Positions 1 to 14,420 of a stretch of 64,000 nt of DNA are shown here, in pieces. Made by a program: the position numbers and the translations under genes. Origin of the DNA: Octopus vulgaris. Its lineage: Eukaryota. Within the stretch, counting starts at the first letter, position 1. Each line of letters begins with the position of its first letter. The notes beneath the pieces were generated by a model. The model had not been told where the DNA came from. It did not search any database and saw nothing but the letters and a program-made list of their open reading frames with translations. The DNA is taken from NCBI GenBank assembly GCA_951406725.2, contig OX597816.1, positions 28,148,001-28,212,000 of the forward strand, in the 5' to 3' direction.

Positions 1-97
1 ATTATTACTATTATTATCATTATAATTATTACTATTATTATTATTATTATTATTATTGTTATTGTTATTATTATTATTATTATTGTTGTTATTATTA

Positions 98-181
<84 letters not shown>
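1..181. repeat. (ATT)n microsatellite
   Basis: Nearly pure ATT triplets; explains the poly-Leu ORF at 56-277. Confidence 0.98.
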
Positions 182-182
<1 letters not shown>

Positions 183-272
183 GTATCAAGGTGCAGAGCT
201 GTTATCGACTTATCTACCTGCCTGAAATTGTCGGCCTTGTGCCAATATTTGAAAACGATTGTTATGATTATT

Positions 273-664
273 GGTGATCTGGCAGAAACGTTAGCACGCC
301 GGGCGAAAGGCGTAGCCGTATTTCATCTGCCGTTACGTTCTGGGTTCAAATTCCGCCGAGGTCGACTTTGCCTTTCATCCTTTCAGGGTCGATACATTAA
401 GTACCAGTTACGCACTGGGGTCGATATAATCGACTTAATATGTTCATCTGTCCTTGTTTGTCCTCTCTGTGTTTATCCCCTTATGGGTAGGAAAGAAATA
501 GGTATTTCATCCGTCTTTGCGTTGTGAGTCCAAACTCCGCCGAGGTCGACTTTACCTTTCATCCTTTCGGGGTCGGTAAATTAAATACCAGTTGCGTACT
601 GAGGTCGATCTAATCGACTGGCCCCTCCCACGAAAATTTCGGGTCGTGTGCCTAGAATAGGAAA

Positions 665-665
<1 letters not shown>
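273..665 (+). mobile_element. SINE family A, two tandem copies
   Basis: Head CTGGCAGAAACGTTAGC, B-box-like GTTCAAATTCC and core GAGGTCGACTTTGCCTTTCATCC; the same sequence recurs more than 10 times in the window. Confidence 0.85.
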
Positions 666-724
<59 letters not shown>

Positions 725-725
<1 letters not shown>

Positions 726-1720
726 TTTCTGTTGCATTGTTCTTTCATCACGTGTTTTCACTGCACTATCGAGCTCTACGTGCCTTGGGTATGTGCTGTG
801 GTTTGTTGTGGTGCTCTTATTTTCACTTTATTGAAAGTGTTTCACGTAGGATGTGTGCAGTATCTAATAGTGCAATTTTCTGTATGTCATATATACTGGT
901 TAGTCCTGGTGTTTTTGTTATGTATTTGTCTGAATATATTTTTATCATGAATAATGTGCCTACTATGATAATAATTGTTTCTATTTTTAGACTCCATATT
1001 CGATTTAACTCTACTTCTAATTTGAAACTTTCTCCGTTTCTTTTAAAGAAACATTGTCTTTCATTGGTATTGATACATCGATTAGCAAGCATTTTTTCTA
1101 CGTCACCTCTGACAACTATATCAAGCCTATTTGTGCGCATTGGCATACCCCAGAGTATGGTTGCTTTCTCATTTTCTGAGACCTTTTCTCGTTTGTGCCT
1201 ATGCCATCTTTTTTCTGTTGTTCTCCGTGTTGGCATGGCTTCCAGTGTAAAGGTCCTAACACTGATGTGTGTGTGTGAAAATAATCCTTCTTAGCCAGGA
1301 CAGGGCAGCTAGAGACAATACTATTTACTGTTCCTCGTTCATCTCCAAATATTCTGCAATTGTATTTCTTTCTTTACATGTTATTGGTAATTTCTGGCAG
1401 GAAGGCCTTGATCCTGTGTTGCTAATTAAACATCCTTCAGTCTCTGCTTTGAGTCTTTAGCTTCTCAGCCATTGTTGGGATTTTGCTTTGTCTATTCTTT
1501 TTCTGCTTATTTTAACCCAGTATTTGTCATGAACGGGCTTCTTTTGCCATCGTTCTATGGTGACCCGTTGCTGTTCCAGTTTTAGTTAGGATTTCACTTG
1601 TTTTACGGCTTTTGTTTTTGTTTTCCTTCATAGTTGTTAGGTATGACTTTTTTTTGTATTTGTTAACTTCCTTAAAGACTGAAAACAGTTTTTGTTTGGG
1701 TTTGTTTTTCGTGTTTTGTG
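725..1720 (-). mobile_element. R4/Dong-type RLE non-LTR retrotransposon, decayed 3' fragment
   Basis: Minus-strand peptides LKAETEGCLI..QDQGLPARNYQ, ILWGMPMRTNRLDIV and IQKIALLDTAHILRETLS; the 3' end abuts an (AAT)n tract. Confidence 0.85.
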
Positions 1721-2182
1721 GCTATTTGTATTGGTTTTCCTTGCTTCTGAAGTAGGTATTACTGTAGTCCTATGGTGGTTGTTTTGTAATAGTTTTCTAG
1801 CTGTGTCAGACCTATACGACTTCCGATACGTTGTATATATAACCTTTCTATGTCAGGTTTTGTGTTGTGCATCGTAAATCCTGTCATTATTTTTTTTTGT
1901 TTTCCCGTCTATTTTGATTCATTGATTTAGAGTCCGGTTAAGAATATTGCAGCTGTAACTTATAACTGGGTTGGCTACAGTTTTAATACCTATTTTTTGT
2001 TTTTGTTTTTCCTATCGAGATATAATTTCAGTATTAATGTACCTCAGCTGTAGTTTTCTTTTCTTATCTTCTCTTTCATATGTGTGTGTGTATGTGTGTG
2101 TGTTATATCGTTTCTAGTTAATTGATTTCTAAGTATGTGTATATTGTTTTTGTTGTTGTTGTTATTATTATTGCTATTATTA

Positions 2183-2257
<75 letters not shown>

Positions 2258-2273
2258 CATTATTATTATCATT

Positions 2274-2304
<31 letters not shown>

Positions 2305-2639
2305 TTATTTACTTTTAATCTGCATGTTTTTTTACAATCACTTGCCAAGACACATCCAGCATCCTAGGGCAAGTGAAGGGTAAGAGATGTTACAGCATGA
2401 TTGAAAGCTTCGGGAAGGCAGGTGGCAGGGACAGTAACGAAATATCTTCGTGTAATACAACTCATACATTTAAATTGATAGGGTTTTTCTAGGGATATGG
2501 GAAGCATTTGTCGGCACAAACTTTGGGATTTCTCTAAGACATGGCTCTCCTTGGATATCCTCTAGATGTTTCTGACATCCCTGTCTTATCATACGAAAGA
2601 TACCCACGATAACAGGAACATTTCTCTCTTTAAGATGAC

Positions 2640-2850
2640 ACATATTTTGTATTTCAATTTCTAGGTCCTTATATTTAGTTAAATTGTCAAATCCCTTTAC
2701 AAATATTTGTTATCTGTGAGAGCACTTACATCCATTAGTCTACAAGTATTTTTTTCCCTGTCTTTATTGATTATGTCTGGTTGATTAGCCTGGATCGTTC
2801 TGTTAGTGTATGACTGAAAAATCCCAGATGATATTCTCAGTCTAATTTAT
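2640..2850 (-). mobile_element. R4-type RLE domain fragment
   Basis: Minus strand reads IIWDFSV..RTIQANQPDII; similar to 28721-28772 on +. Confidence 0.6.
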
Positions 2851-2949
2851 GTAAAACTATCTAGCAAGGCAGCATCTTCTAATTACCTGATCATAAATAA
2901 TATATTTTAAAGTAGTGTGGTATTGTACATAATGCATCGACCTTCTGCA

Positions 2950-3450
2950 TTAGGAATTACTAAAAAAAAAACCTAGAGCAATAATTGAAACCTACTCATA
3001 AATATTTCTCTTAGAATTTGTAAACTATCAGCTAACTGGTATATATTGTATGAGAATGCTTCCTAAGTACCATCAAGCTTTAAGGGGTAGCGGGTACGTT
3101 GTCGATATGAATCAAGGAGTAAAAAAATACATATACGTCTGTATTGGAGAGCCTTCTTTAAAGCTATACTACAAAGAAGCAAGGGAGCAAATCACAGAGC
3201 TTTTAATGAAGAAGCACCAGAATCCTCTTTGCGTATACAAATCTTTTAATCAATAAATCTGAGAAAATAGCAGCCTGCAGGCAGAAATGTATTGGATCTT
3301 TATAAATTATAGAACATGGCCCTAGAAGCACCTAATTGCCAATAAACCAAAGATGATTGTACTTCAATATTATTACAAATATTATATACCCCGATGAACA
3401 ATGTATATTACACATGGTATAGCACACCGTATAGGACACATTGTATAACT
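2950..3450 (+). mobile_element. Putative decayed Penelope-like GIY-YIG fragment followed by an HHR-like motif
   Basis: YIYVCIGEPSLKLYY resembles the PLE YIG..E..FK.RY motif; CCGATGA-ACAATGT...ACATTGT-ATAAC at 3391-3449. Confidence 0.35.
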
Positions 3451-5502
3451 TATACCATTGCAACTTAAACCGTTACAGAATAAGAACTATGACTAGCATC
3501 GATAGAACATGCACCATACTTCATCTTTTTTGCATGCATTACTCATAATACAGTAATTAATATTTCATCAGTATATATCGGATCTGAATATACGCGTATA
3601 AAATGCAATATAACTTCTTAAGCTCTATCGGTTAATTATACTTCCATTATGAAGTAGTCGCCACCTCCACCCATGTACACGTCCGACATAACCATTGTTA
3701 TTATCAACTTCATCTTTATTTACACCTACTTCAGAACTTCAATCACATAATCACATAATTCTTTCTGTTTCCATCACTATCAAGATTATCACTAATTAAA
3801 TACTCCCTCACACCGCCAGTATTTTCGACATCACTGGCGCTGTAAACATTATCAACACATTAGCAATAACAATTATCTAATAATGAGACTAATATTTGAT
3901 GTTATTATTAATATTATTAGCGTTTTAATAAAATTATAACAGATGCTTCATAATCTTTTCTACTTGTGTTACTGCTTTTGTTACTACTAATATTAATATT
4001 AATATTATTACAGTGAGTATTTTTAATATGAAGCATATTTTGTTTTTTCAGAGGTGATATTTTTAGAATTGTTAGGAGTTTATCGTTATTGTAATTAATT
4101 TCCATGATGATGATGATGATGAAGATGATGATCAGTATCTTCCTACTCCTCCTCGTCATCATTAACATTATCATTTTATTTTGTTATCGTTTATTAATAT
4201 TATTATTACTATTCTTAGTTTTATTACTTTTGTTGTTGCTGTTGTTTGATTAATAGCGAAGGTAGTAATTGTTTTAATGAGGATACTGTTATTAACGAAT
4301 ATAACAATAACAGCAACAACAACTACAGTAGCAACAACAACAAGTACAACAACAGCTACAACAATGCATTATGATCAGAAAACAAACCAATCTCCCGTGT
4401 GATTTTTAATAATGCGTGAATTTAATATAAAAAAATATATATAGGTATAGCTAACATGACAGGTACCATACAATTAAAATCTAAAAATTCATTAATAGCG
4501 ATGGAAGCGTTATTAGTTCAGAATAGCATTCTCCATATCATACTTAACGTTGATATACTGCAGTGAGATATCAGTAGTGGATGAAAATCATCGAGCAGCG
4601 GCAGTGGAATTGCTATGTCTGGGATTTATCAAAGCATGCGGTCTTTAGGGGACACTTGCTACCTATGATGCGCAAATACAAACATATCAAATTTCTTTTG
4701 GCGAATTGGAGGACGCCATCTCCTCCGAATCGAGCTGCTCTATCGCAGACTTTGCAGTCCTCTCTGTTGATTCATTCTAAAATAACTAGCCTTATTATGG
4801 ATTTACAGTCAAAGAGACTTATCCCTAATTTTCTTTTTTTCCTTCCTTTTTCGTTTTTTTTTTCGTCCTTCCAATTTTTTCATCTATCTTCTCAATCTTC
4901 TTGTGATTTCTCCCTTTCTAGTGTCCTAAATTGAAGAGGTCATATTCTAAGTGCCAGCGGATTGCTTCGAGACAGAAGGCGTGTTATAAACTCCTTCCTA
5001 ATCTGCATCTCCAAAGTACGAAACTATCAATAGTTCCTATCGTTATACTGTGCGCATCATATGTTATTTATCTCTCTATGGAAGGAGTACTTTTTTGTGA
5101 CCTTGCCTTCATAAAAAAGATTACTATATATACATACCTACACGTTTATATATGTATGCATTCGTACACATTTGCGCACATACATAATCATAGCATATGT
5201 ATATGGATGCACATATGTATACACATAAGTATACATATACATATATATGCATATTCATATATGAGTGTGTGTTTGGTGCGCATGTATGTTTCTGTATGTA
5301 TGCATTTAAAATTTTGCTCTAAAGCAAATAACAATATATTGACTGGGACATTTCTCCAGTACACAAGCGCATAGACACAAACACATGCACACACAAGCTT
5401 CATACACGCACACACAAACACACACATGCACACCCTCACACTAATATACTCCAGCGTGTAGCGCTTCAGAGATCATAGGATATTCATCTATTAGTAAATC
5501 AC

Positions 5503-5561
<59 letters not shown>

Positions 5562-5578
5562 AAATATATATGTATATA

Positions 5579-5629
<51 letters not shown>

Positions 5630-6209
5630 GTGTGGGTGTATGTATATATATTTCCACACACGAACACACATACATACACACACACACGTATATATCGATA
5701 TATCGATAGCTCTTTTCATTCGTATCACTTATGGATAAGTTGCTGCAGATAAAATGTAGCAGGACTAAAGGAAATATATACTAAAAAGCAAAAAGAGAAT
5801 ATATCGAAAATACAATTAGTTCAAAACAGTCGGTGAATTAGAACATTGGCAAAGCAAGTGTTTCTTTGCTGTAGCATGACGATAATTTACTCCGATCTAA
5901 TGTATGTCTGGCGAGTACTGCGTTAAAGGATACATTCTCTGGACAAGCAATGTATGTAAAATACGTGTGTACTTTTCAGTTAATGCTAGTAGAGGTTATA
6001 TGTACTTTAGAAACATTGGTTAATCAATCAAATGGAATATATCTGTGTGGTCTATCGAACTGCTAAAAAGAGCAGCTATACATTCAGTGGCATTAAAAAT
6101 GTATGATTTAGATAATGTATTCCTCATATACATAATCTTGCATGTCTTAAAAATGTATGATTTAGATAACGTACTCCCGATATACATAATATTTTCTGCT
6201 ATAGAATCT

Positions 6210-6380
6210 AGAGGAAGGGACCCATTCGATTACATCGACACTAGTGCGGAAATGGTACTTATTTTATCGATCCCGAAAGGATGAAATGCAAAGGTGGCCT
6301 CGGCGGAATTTGAACTCAGAATGTAAATGATGCTAAGCAATTTGTTCGGTGTCATAACTATACTGATTACTCGCCGCCTT
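6210..6380 (-). mobile_element. SINE family A
   Basis: Reverse complement of the family A core (CTCGGCGGAATTTGAACTCAGAA). Confidence 0.8.
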
Positions 6381-7492
6381 ACCCCTTACCTCATATGTGT
6401 AATGAAGAAATGGTTACAATTAGAAAAAAACTTTTGGCTAGAATTCAACTCACACATAACTGGCAATAAACTACAATAATGCTAACCCGAATGCCATAAG
6501 ATCTTGGAATACTCTGAGAGAAAAGCATATTTGGCTATGTTGAGCACAAATGCACTATGTGCGATAATAATACAGGATGGTCATGAATAAAAACCGGTTG
6601 GCCAAAAATCTTATCACTCACAGTTAAGGTTCGTTTAAGCAATAGAGTAACAACATGAAGGCATGAACACTCCTAGCTGATGTCACAACTTGACTATCAA
6701 AGTATTTCTATGATGCCTACTATGACAAAGTAATTATCGTGTTCAACAGTAACATAACTCTCAATTGATAAGCTGCCGAAGGAAATAAACAAGCAAATAT
6801 TAGATGATATACTAGGTTCGAATAAAAATCGGAATGTTTATGGTTAGAAGGCGTAAGGGCATGAGTTTAATCTATGAAGTTTGTCATAATACTATGCAAT
6901 AACATTAAAAAAGAATAATATCACTATATCTCACGGCATTAGCATCAACATTACTGTTTACCGCCACCCCCGTAACCAGTATCAACACTGCTACCACCCG
7001 CAGCAGTACAACCACCATGACCAGATTCTCAAACTGAAATTGTCTACTACATTACGATTATCACTATCACCACTAGTTACCTACAAAATCACCACTAATG
7101 CCAACTTCACCGACAGAAACACCACCACCATTAACACAACCACTATACCATTACCAACAACACCACTATCACCATGGCCACCATTTCGATAACCAGTTAG
7201 CTACAGATATGGAAGAGCTGCCATGTTGGTAGAGGTAGTTACTGTTGCTTTCAGTTAGATATGTCTGTGTTGTTTGTAAATGAAACAAAGTGTTTACTTC
7301 AACCGGAAATTGGAGATAACTTATCTGCTATCTGCTGCTGCTGCTACTGCTGCCACTACTGCATCTCTTGGTTTCTCTCCCCAGAGTCATGATTTTGATG
7401 ATGGTGACCGACATCACCATCACCTTCATCGCGTCGTAGTGGTAGTCATCGTCGTCGTCGACGTCATCATCATCATCATCATCAACAAAAGC

Positions 7493-7524
<32 letters not shown>

Positions 7525-7899
7525 AAGCAACAACAACAATCTAGAAAGTAGTGCTAATGTTTTATATCAGTATTTCTTCTGCAATTATTCACCGTTGTCG
7601 AATTTATAACGCATTTAGACCAGTCTGATTAATTTTAACCATATATTAGAAGATTAACAATAAACGATTTTTAAGACGTTACATGCCTTCCATATGCATT
7701 TCAATATACGAATATTATTTGCCTGTTATTTGCCAAAGTGTGTACCATCAAACATACACTCTGTAGTCTGTTTGATGGTATACAATAATGAGTATGTTCC
7801 ATATAAAGCAAAATATGTTCAAAAATGTACAAGAGTGCTCCAAATCTAGAGATCATTAAGGTTTATAGTTCTCAGAGGTGGTGGAAAACTGTGGCGCCT

Positions 7900-8060
7900 T
7901 AACCATTTTGCCATATCCATTAAATGTTTTGAATGTATCCAACGACCAATGTGTGGCGGGACACCTCGTACTAAAAGTAATCAGGCGAAAACTAATCATC
8001 CAAATATTTGTAACCTCATTGATATGTTAAAATCGAAGAGAAATTTTGTTTGCATGTGAC
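7900..8060 (+). mobile_element. MULE-like transposase C-terminal relic
   Basis: HPNICNLIDMLKS resembles the MULE HPNIW.FI..LK motif; no long ORF. Confidence 0.35.
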
Positions 8061-8316
8061 AAATTGCAGAAAGAAAAAGGAGGAGGAGAAATCGAAAAAA
8101 GATAAAATTCTATGGCGAGATACTTTACAAAATTAAGAAATACAAGAGGAACAAGAAAATTTACGATTCAGAATAAAAAGAAATGATATTATGATTCAGA
8201 AAATAAATGTGAAACGTTCGATTCAGAATTTTAATAAAAATGGAATTTTTGAAAGCAATTGCTCATAATCTAAAATTTTAATGTAGTTCTTTGTTTTTTT
8301 TTGTTTGTTTTTTTCT

Positions 8317-8688
8317 AGTTTCAGTCATTTGACTGCGGCCATGCTGGAGCACCGCCTTTAATCGAGCAACTCGACCCAGCCCAGTACTTTTTCTATCGGT
8401 CTCTTTTGCCGAATCACTAAGTAACGGGGACATAAAGACACCAGCATCGGTTGTCAAGCAATGCTAGGGGGACAAACACAGACACATAAACACACACACG
8501 CATATATATATATATACATACATACGACGGGCTTCCTTCAGTTTCCGTCTACCAAATCCACTCACAAGGCTTTGGTCGGCCCGAGGCTATAGTAGAAGAC
8601 ACTTGCCCAAGGTGCCACGCAGTGGGAGTGAACCCCGAACCATGTTGTTGGTAAACAAGCTACTTACCACACAGCCACTCCTGCGCCT
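8317..8688 (-). mobile_element. SINE family B (tRNA head, CORE-like CCTTGGGCAAGT, internal (TA)/(TG) tract)
   Basis: Reverse complement matches the copy at 55241-55695 over nearly its whole length. Confidence 0.88.
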
Positions 8689-10287
8689 GAATATTTCTTA
8701 TATATTCTTGTTAGTTGTTTTATAAAAATTATCTTTAATAATTACATTTTAGTTTAAATTATTTTTTTCTCCATATACTCTTTACAAACTCATTTTATAA
8801 ACAAAGTTTTAGTTTTGAGGTGTTTGTAAAAATATAAAATTAATCGAAGAATAGAATGAAAAAATTCTAGTAAACTACAGATTTTGTCTTCATACTTTTA
8901 CTATTTAGTTTTGTATCCAATACTTCATACCAAATTCATTGCATCTCAATATCAACGTTAAAAATAATTTTGGATTTCTTAACTTCAGTGTCAATGCATT
9001 GTTTAGGCAACATCACCTAGTAAATTTTCGAATATGAATACTGAATGCATATTGTGAGTTTATTATTTTATATTTAAAATTTCCTTGTGAAACATACCCC
9101 TGATTTTTCATTTAATTCCCTGTGCATTAACGAGTTGAAAAATGGTCAGAACCATTATTGTACATCCTGTGTGTTGATAAATAAGGAAAATACTATTCAA
9201 CACATAAGCTGGGTACGTACATGCATATTTTATTAGAAGCTGAACCTTTTAATAAAATACACACATTTTAAAGAATCCTTGCCATGAATCTAGAATATCA
9301 GCAAACGGAACACTGACAATAAGAATGTGGATAAGGGACTCAATCAATATCTATACAGTACTACTATTTTACTAGTAATCGATCTTCACATGCATTATAT
9401 GTCAAAGCAACTAAAGGATAAATCTAAACTTATGTAACGTAAGTAAACAGCTCACCGTATTTAGTTTGTACTTCGACAGGTGGTTTTTTATTCAAAAGCC
9501 TTAGTGATACATCTATCTCACAGAGCTTTTTGGTTCTTGTAACGTCTCATCCAGATAAACGTATCTACAAGAAAATAGTTCTATCATAGCCATCGTATAT
9601 CAAAATAGATATTCCAATGTATTCATTTTATAAATTCATAAACTATCAATTGATAGAGACAGAGAGAGAGAGAGAGAAAGAGAGGGAGATACAGCTAAGG
9701 AGATAGAGAAGGGGAGATTTAGCTGCTAGCCCTTGCATGCTATATAGCTATAGATAATACCAAAGCTCACCTTCACTTTTCTACTTGTAGAACATAATTG
9801 TAACCTATAGTTTCTAGGAGCACAAGGTGACCTGATGAAGCCATAGAATGGATCGTTAAATATGATACATCAGGATATCATATATGTATATATATATGTG
9901 TGTGTGTGTGTGATTGTTGAATAATATCTAGTTGACTCTTGCTTGTGTACTGCCACTTCAAAACCATAGGTCCTGGTCCGATTGCTGTTTAAATGTCAAT
10001 GGAATTATGCATCACTTTCTTTTACAATATTTTTGCATGACAAATAAGACAGAGTTCTCAAGTTTTTTCCTTTTTCTTCCATTACTAGACAACAAAAACG
10101 TGATAGTGTAATTATGGCAAAAGCTGAACGGCAAACACAAGCACATCAATTGTCGCTTACAACAGGTTAGTTCTCGACTGAAAAACTGGATTAATGTCCA
10201 CATCAGATCAATACGTAAATGTTGTCAGAACCTGTTGTACTTGTAAACTACTAAGAAAATAATAGACAAGAAAAAGAATTGTGTTCA

Positions 10288-10387
<100 letters not shown>

Positions 10388-10528
10388 CATAAAACCGGAT
10401 GTAACAATCAGATATTACGTTCAGATAGCCAGTGTGACACGAATTGCATAAGAGCCGCTTAATGTTATTATGGAAATGTCATTAAATATAACCACGAAGT
10501 AAATCTAAATGACAAGATAAATGAAGTA

Positions 10529-10529
<1 letters not shown>

Positions 10530-10597
<68 letters not shown>

Positions 10598-10669
10598 TAA
10601 CAATAACAACAATAATAATAATAATAATAACAATAATAATAATAATAATAATAACAATAACAATAACAA

Positions 10670-10743
<74 letters not shown>
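10530..10743. repeat. (AAT)n microsatellite
   Basis: Direct; explains the poly-Tyr and poly-Leu ORFs. Confidence 0.98.
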
Positions 10744-10744
<1 letters not shown>

Positions 10745-11600
10745 ACGAAGGAATGTCCTAGACTTGCACCAAACTACTACTAGTTGTGGCAGCACGAAAG
10801 TTCTCCACTGGAAACTGTGCGACGGGTGTGAGCGCAAACTGCAGAGAGTAGCTGATTCGGAGACTAGCAAAATTTCCTGGGATTTCCCAATCCAAACAGA
10901 TCAGGTTCTAGAGCATAATAGATTGAACCTAGTGGTGGTGGACAAGGCGGACTACATATGCTATATAGTTGCATATATGCTATATAGTTGCATGCACCTT
11001 TGACCCACGGATGTGCAAGAAAGAAGGCGGAATGATAGATACAACCCTCGTAAGTACGAAATAGCCCGGTTATGGAAAATGAAGAAGGTCAAGATAGTGG
11101 CAAATAGTGTTGGGTCCTTGGGAACAGTATCAGAAAGTATCAAGAGGAATATAAATGAAATTGGAATAGAGTGCCCAGTAGAACTGTTAGAAAAATTTTG
11201 CCTCCTTATCGGGAAAGTTAATAGGTAGCTGAAAAGAGAGAATAGCATGGTACCGTAGGCTGCATGTAGTAAGCTCGCTACGTATGCAAGACTCCAGTAG
11301 CTCTAACATAACCTGTGCTAAAGAGATATTGATGTTGATGATGATAATGATAACAACAACAACAAAAACAAGAACAACAATAATAATAATAGGGAAAATA
11401 TCAGTAGGCCTCAAGGGGAATAAAAGGGAATTGAGAATAGAGTACCCTGTACAACTGTTACAAAAGGGTTGCTTCATCGGCACGGTCAGACTAATCAAGA
11501 AAGTGTTGGATAATTGAAACGAACATAGCGTTGTCCTCTAGGCGCAGCAACCCAGTTACGCATGAAAGACTCCAGGAGTTCCAACAAAACAGGAGTTAAA
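10745..11600 (+). mobile_element. R4-type RLE LINE 3' fragments, two tandem 3' ends
   Basis: KVLHWKLC, KISWDFPIQTDQVLEHNR, KYEIARLWKMKKV and IGIECPVELLEK; the terminal part repeats at 11390-11600. Confidence 0.82.
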
Positions 11601-11805
11601 AATAACATCATCAGCAACAATAATAATAATCAATGACAACAAAAAGATCATCGACACTACTAAATAAAAAACCTTGCAGCATAAAAATGAGGCCATTGCG
11701 TACATAAATTCAAACGGCTGGCTGTGGAAACTAGCATGGATATGTTATATGTACACAAATAATTACATACATAACTACACACACATGCGTACACAACCTC
11801 AAGCA

Positions 11806-11851
<46 letters not shown>

Positions 11852-12050
11852 TGTATGTAAGTTTATGTAATTTTTTGTGTACACACGCAGAGATATTTGA
11901 TGAAATGTTTATTAATTACAGCAAGGAACACTTTGCTTGTAAGGTCAACGAATATATATATATATAACTAAGGATAAGATCGATATTTCAAATATCGATC
12001 TTATCTAGAGGCCAGCATGGGAATAAAAACCTTTCAAAGGTAATAATTAA

Positions 12051-12445
12051 TTAAAATTATAACTTATGGTATCTGAGAGATACCACCATATCACACGACG
12101 AGCTTTAGGGCCGGCAATTTAAACTGGTCGTGTACATACGTGTATATATATATATGTATGTATATACGTTCGTATATGTAAGTATATCGTATGTTGTATA
12201 TATGTATATATTTGTATTTATGTGCTGAATGTATTCCACTGATGAAGGCAAAGCATCTCTTATGCAAAGCCAGAAATCAAGGAACAGGAATTATCCAGTA
12301 ATTGTTTTGCTAGTTTATTTTGTCTCTTTGTCTTCTCTCCTATATGAACATTTAATGTGGTTTTAGAGTCAAATTTTGGAGTCAAATTTTGGCTGCTACT
12401 TTCAGCGTGGTGGTATTTCTTAGATACCCTAATTTATAATTTTAA
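12051..12445 (+). mobile_element. Inverted-repeat module enclosing an HHR-like core (PLE-terminus-like)
   Basis: 38-bp inverted arms at 12051-12088 and 12408-12445 (4 mismatches); CTGATGA...GAAA at 12239-12276. Confidence 0.5.
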
Positions 12446-12447
12446 AC

Positions 12448-12905
<458 letters not shown>

Positions 12906-13358
12906 ATTGTATATTATCGAAAATAAATTCTTACATTGTCATTTTTCTGACAATGCAAAGAGTATAAGAAATAATTTAATCACACACATTCACTGATAAT
13001 TAGAAAATGTACGATAAAATGTATCTATTTAACCGCGATTTCTTAATGCATACCCTTTATATTACATAAAAGATTATAGCTCATTTATATAGTTGTAAAT
13101 AACCTTATTCTCTTCAAACACAAAAAATCGAGATTTGTCAAGACATAATCCTTCTTCGTTGATATATTTATAAATATACATACACTCTTTCATTTGCTAT
13201 ATATATATATATATATATATATTTACATGTATGTATGTATGTATTCATATATGTATACATATACATATATATATATATATATATACATACATATATATAT
13301 GTATATATATATATATGTATATATATACATATCTATATACATATATATATACATGTAT

Positions 13359-13441
<83 letters not shown>

Positions 13442-13444
<3 letters not shown>

Positions 13445-14200
13445 GAAATAATGGAAACAACTAGCGTCATAGCATCATAATTTTCACATATCTATAAAAC
13501 TGTCAAAAGCATGTTTAGTTTTATGTTTTTTGATCTAGTAGTAGTGTTGCTTAATGTTTTGCTAAAATTACCGTTTCGTTTTAGACATTATCAGAAAATG
13601 GTAAATAAAATTCATTAAAATTACAGATTCATCAGACATTCAAAGTGCTCGTATGGCAGGTGCTAGCATAGCGAAAATAGCCGAAATGTTTGGTGTATTA
13701 AGAAGTACTGTCTCGAAAATAATGATAGCCTTTGAGAAAGATGGAAATGCCTCCTCGTCAAAACAAAACTCTGGAAGAAAACGTAAACTTTCAGATAGGG
13801 ACAGTCGGACTCTTACGTGAATTGTTGGAAAGAATCACAAGAGTCCAGCTCCCAAAATTACTGCAGAGCTTAATGACCACCTCGAGGACCCAGTTTTAAC
13901 AAACACTGTTTGCTAGGAGATGCACAAAGCCGGGTTCCACGGGAGGGCTTCAATCAGAAAACCACTACTTTCAAAAGCAAACGTTGCAACGCGTTTTGAG
14001 TGCAAACATACAGAACTGGTCACTAGAGCAGTGGAAGAATGTTGTTTTCTCGGATGAGTCATCCTTTACCTTATTTCTGAACACTGGCAGAGTATACTAT
14101 ACCATACTTCGTAGAATTCAAGATGTAATCACTGGCAAAGGCGGCCCTGCTCCATATAAAAAAAATTTAAGCTTTTTCCATTATTTTGAGGCGTTTTCAG
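13442..14200 (+). mobile_element. Tc1-like DNA transposon, internally deleted
   Basis: HTH region IAEMFGVLRSTVSKI, SGRKRKLSDRD and WKNVVFSDESSF; terminal remnants AAATAATGGAAA (13445) and TTTCCATTATTT (about 14175). Confidence 0.85.
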
Positions 14201-14311
14201 TATATTTATGAAGAAAGAGATTTAGTCTTGCACCTGTCAGACTATATCGCATTCCTTATAAATGTTCTGAAAACTCTACACAGCCTTGGCTTTGCTATCT
14301 GTTTTTGTCTA

Positions 14312-14420
<109 letters not shown>

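Noticed and set aside
6096-6192. Two-copy direct repeat of about 53 bp
   Set aside because: A simple local duplication with no other supporting structure.
8880-9190. Second MULE-like fragment on the minus strand
   Set aside because: The motif resemblance is too weak to support by eye.
9831-9878. CTGATGA hammerhead candidate
   Set aside because: No GAAA at a suitable position and a weak stem II.
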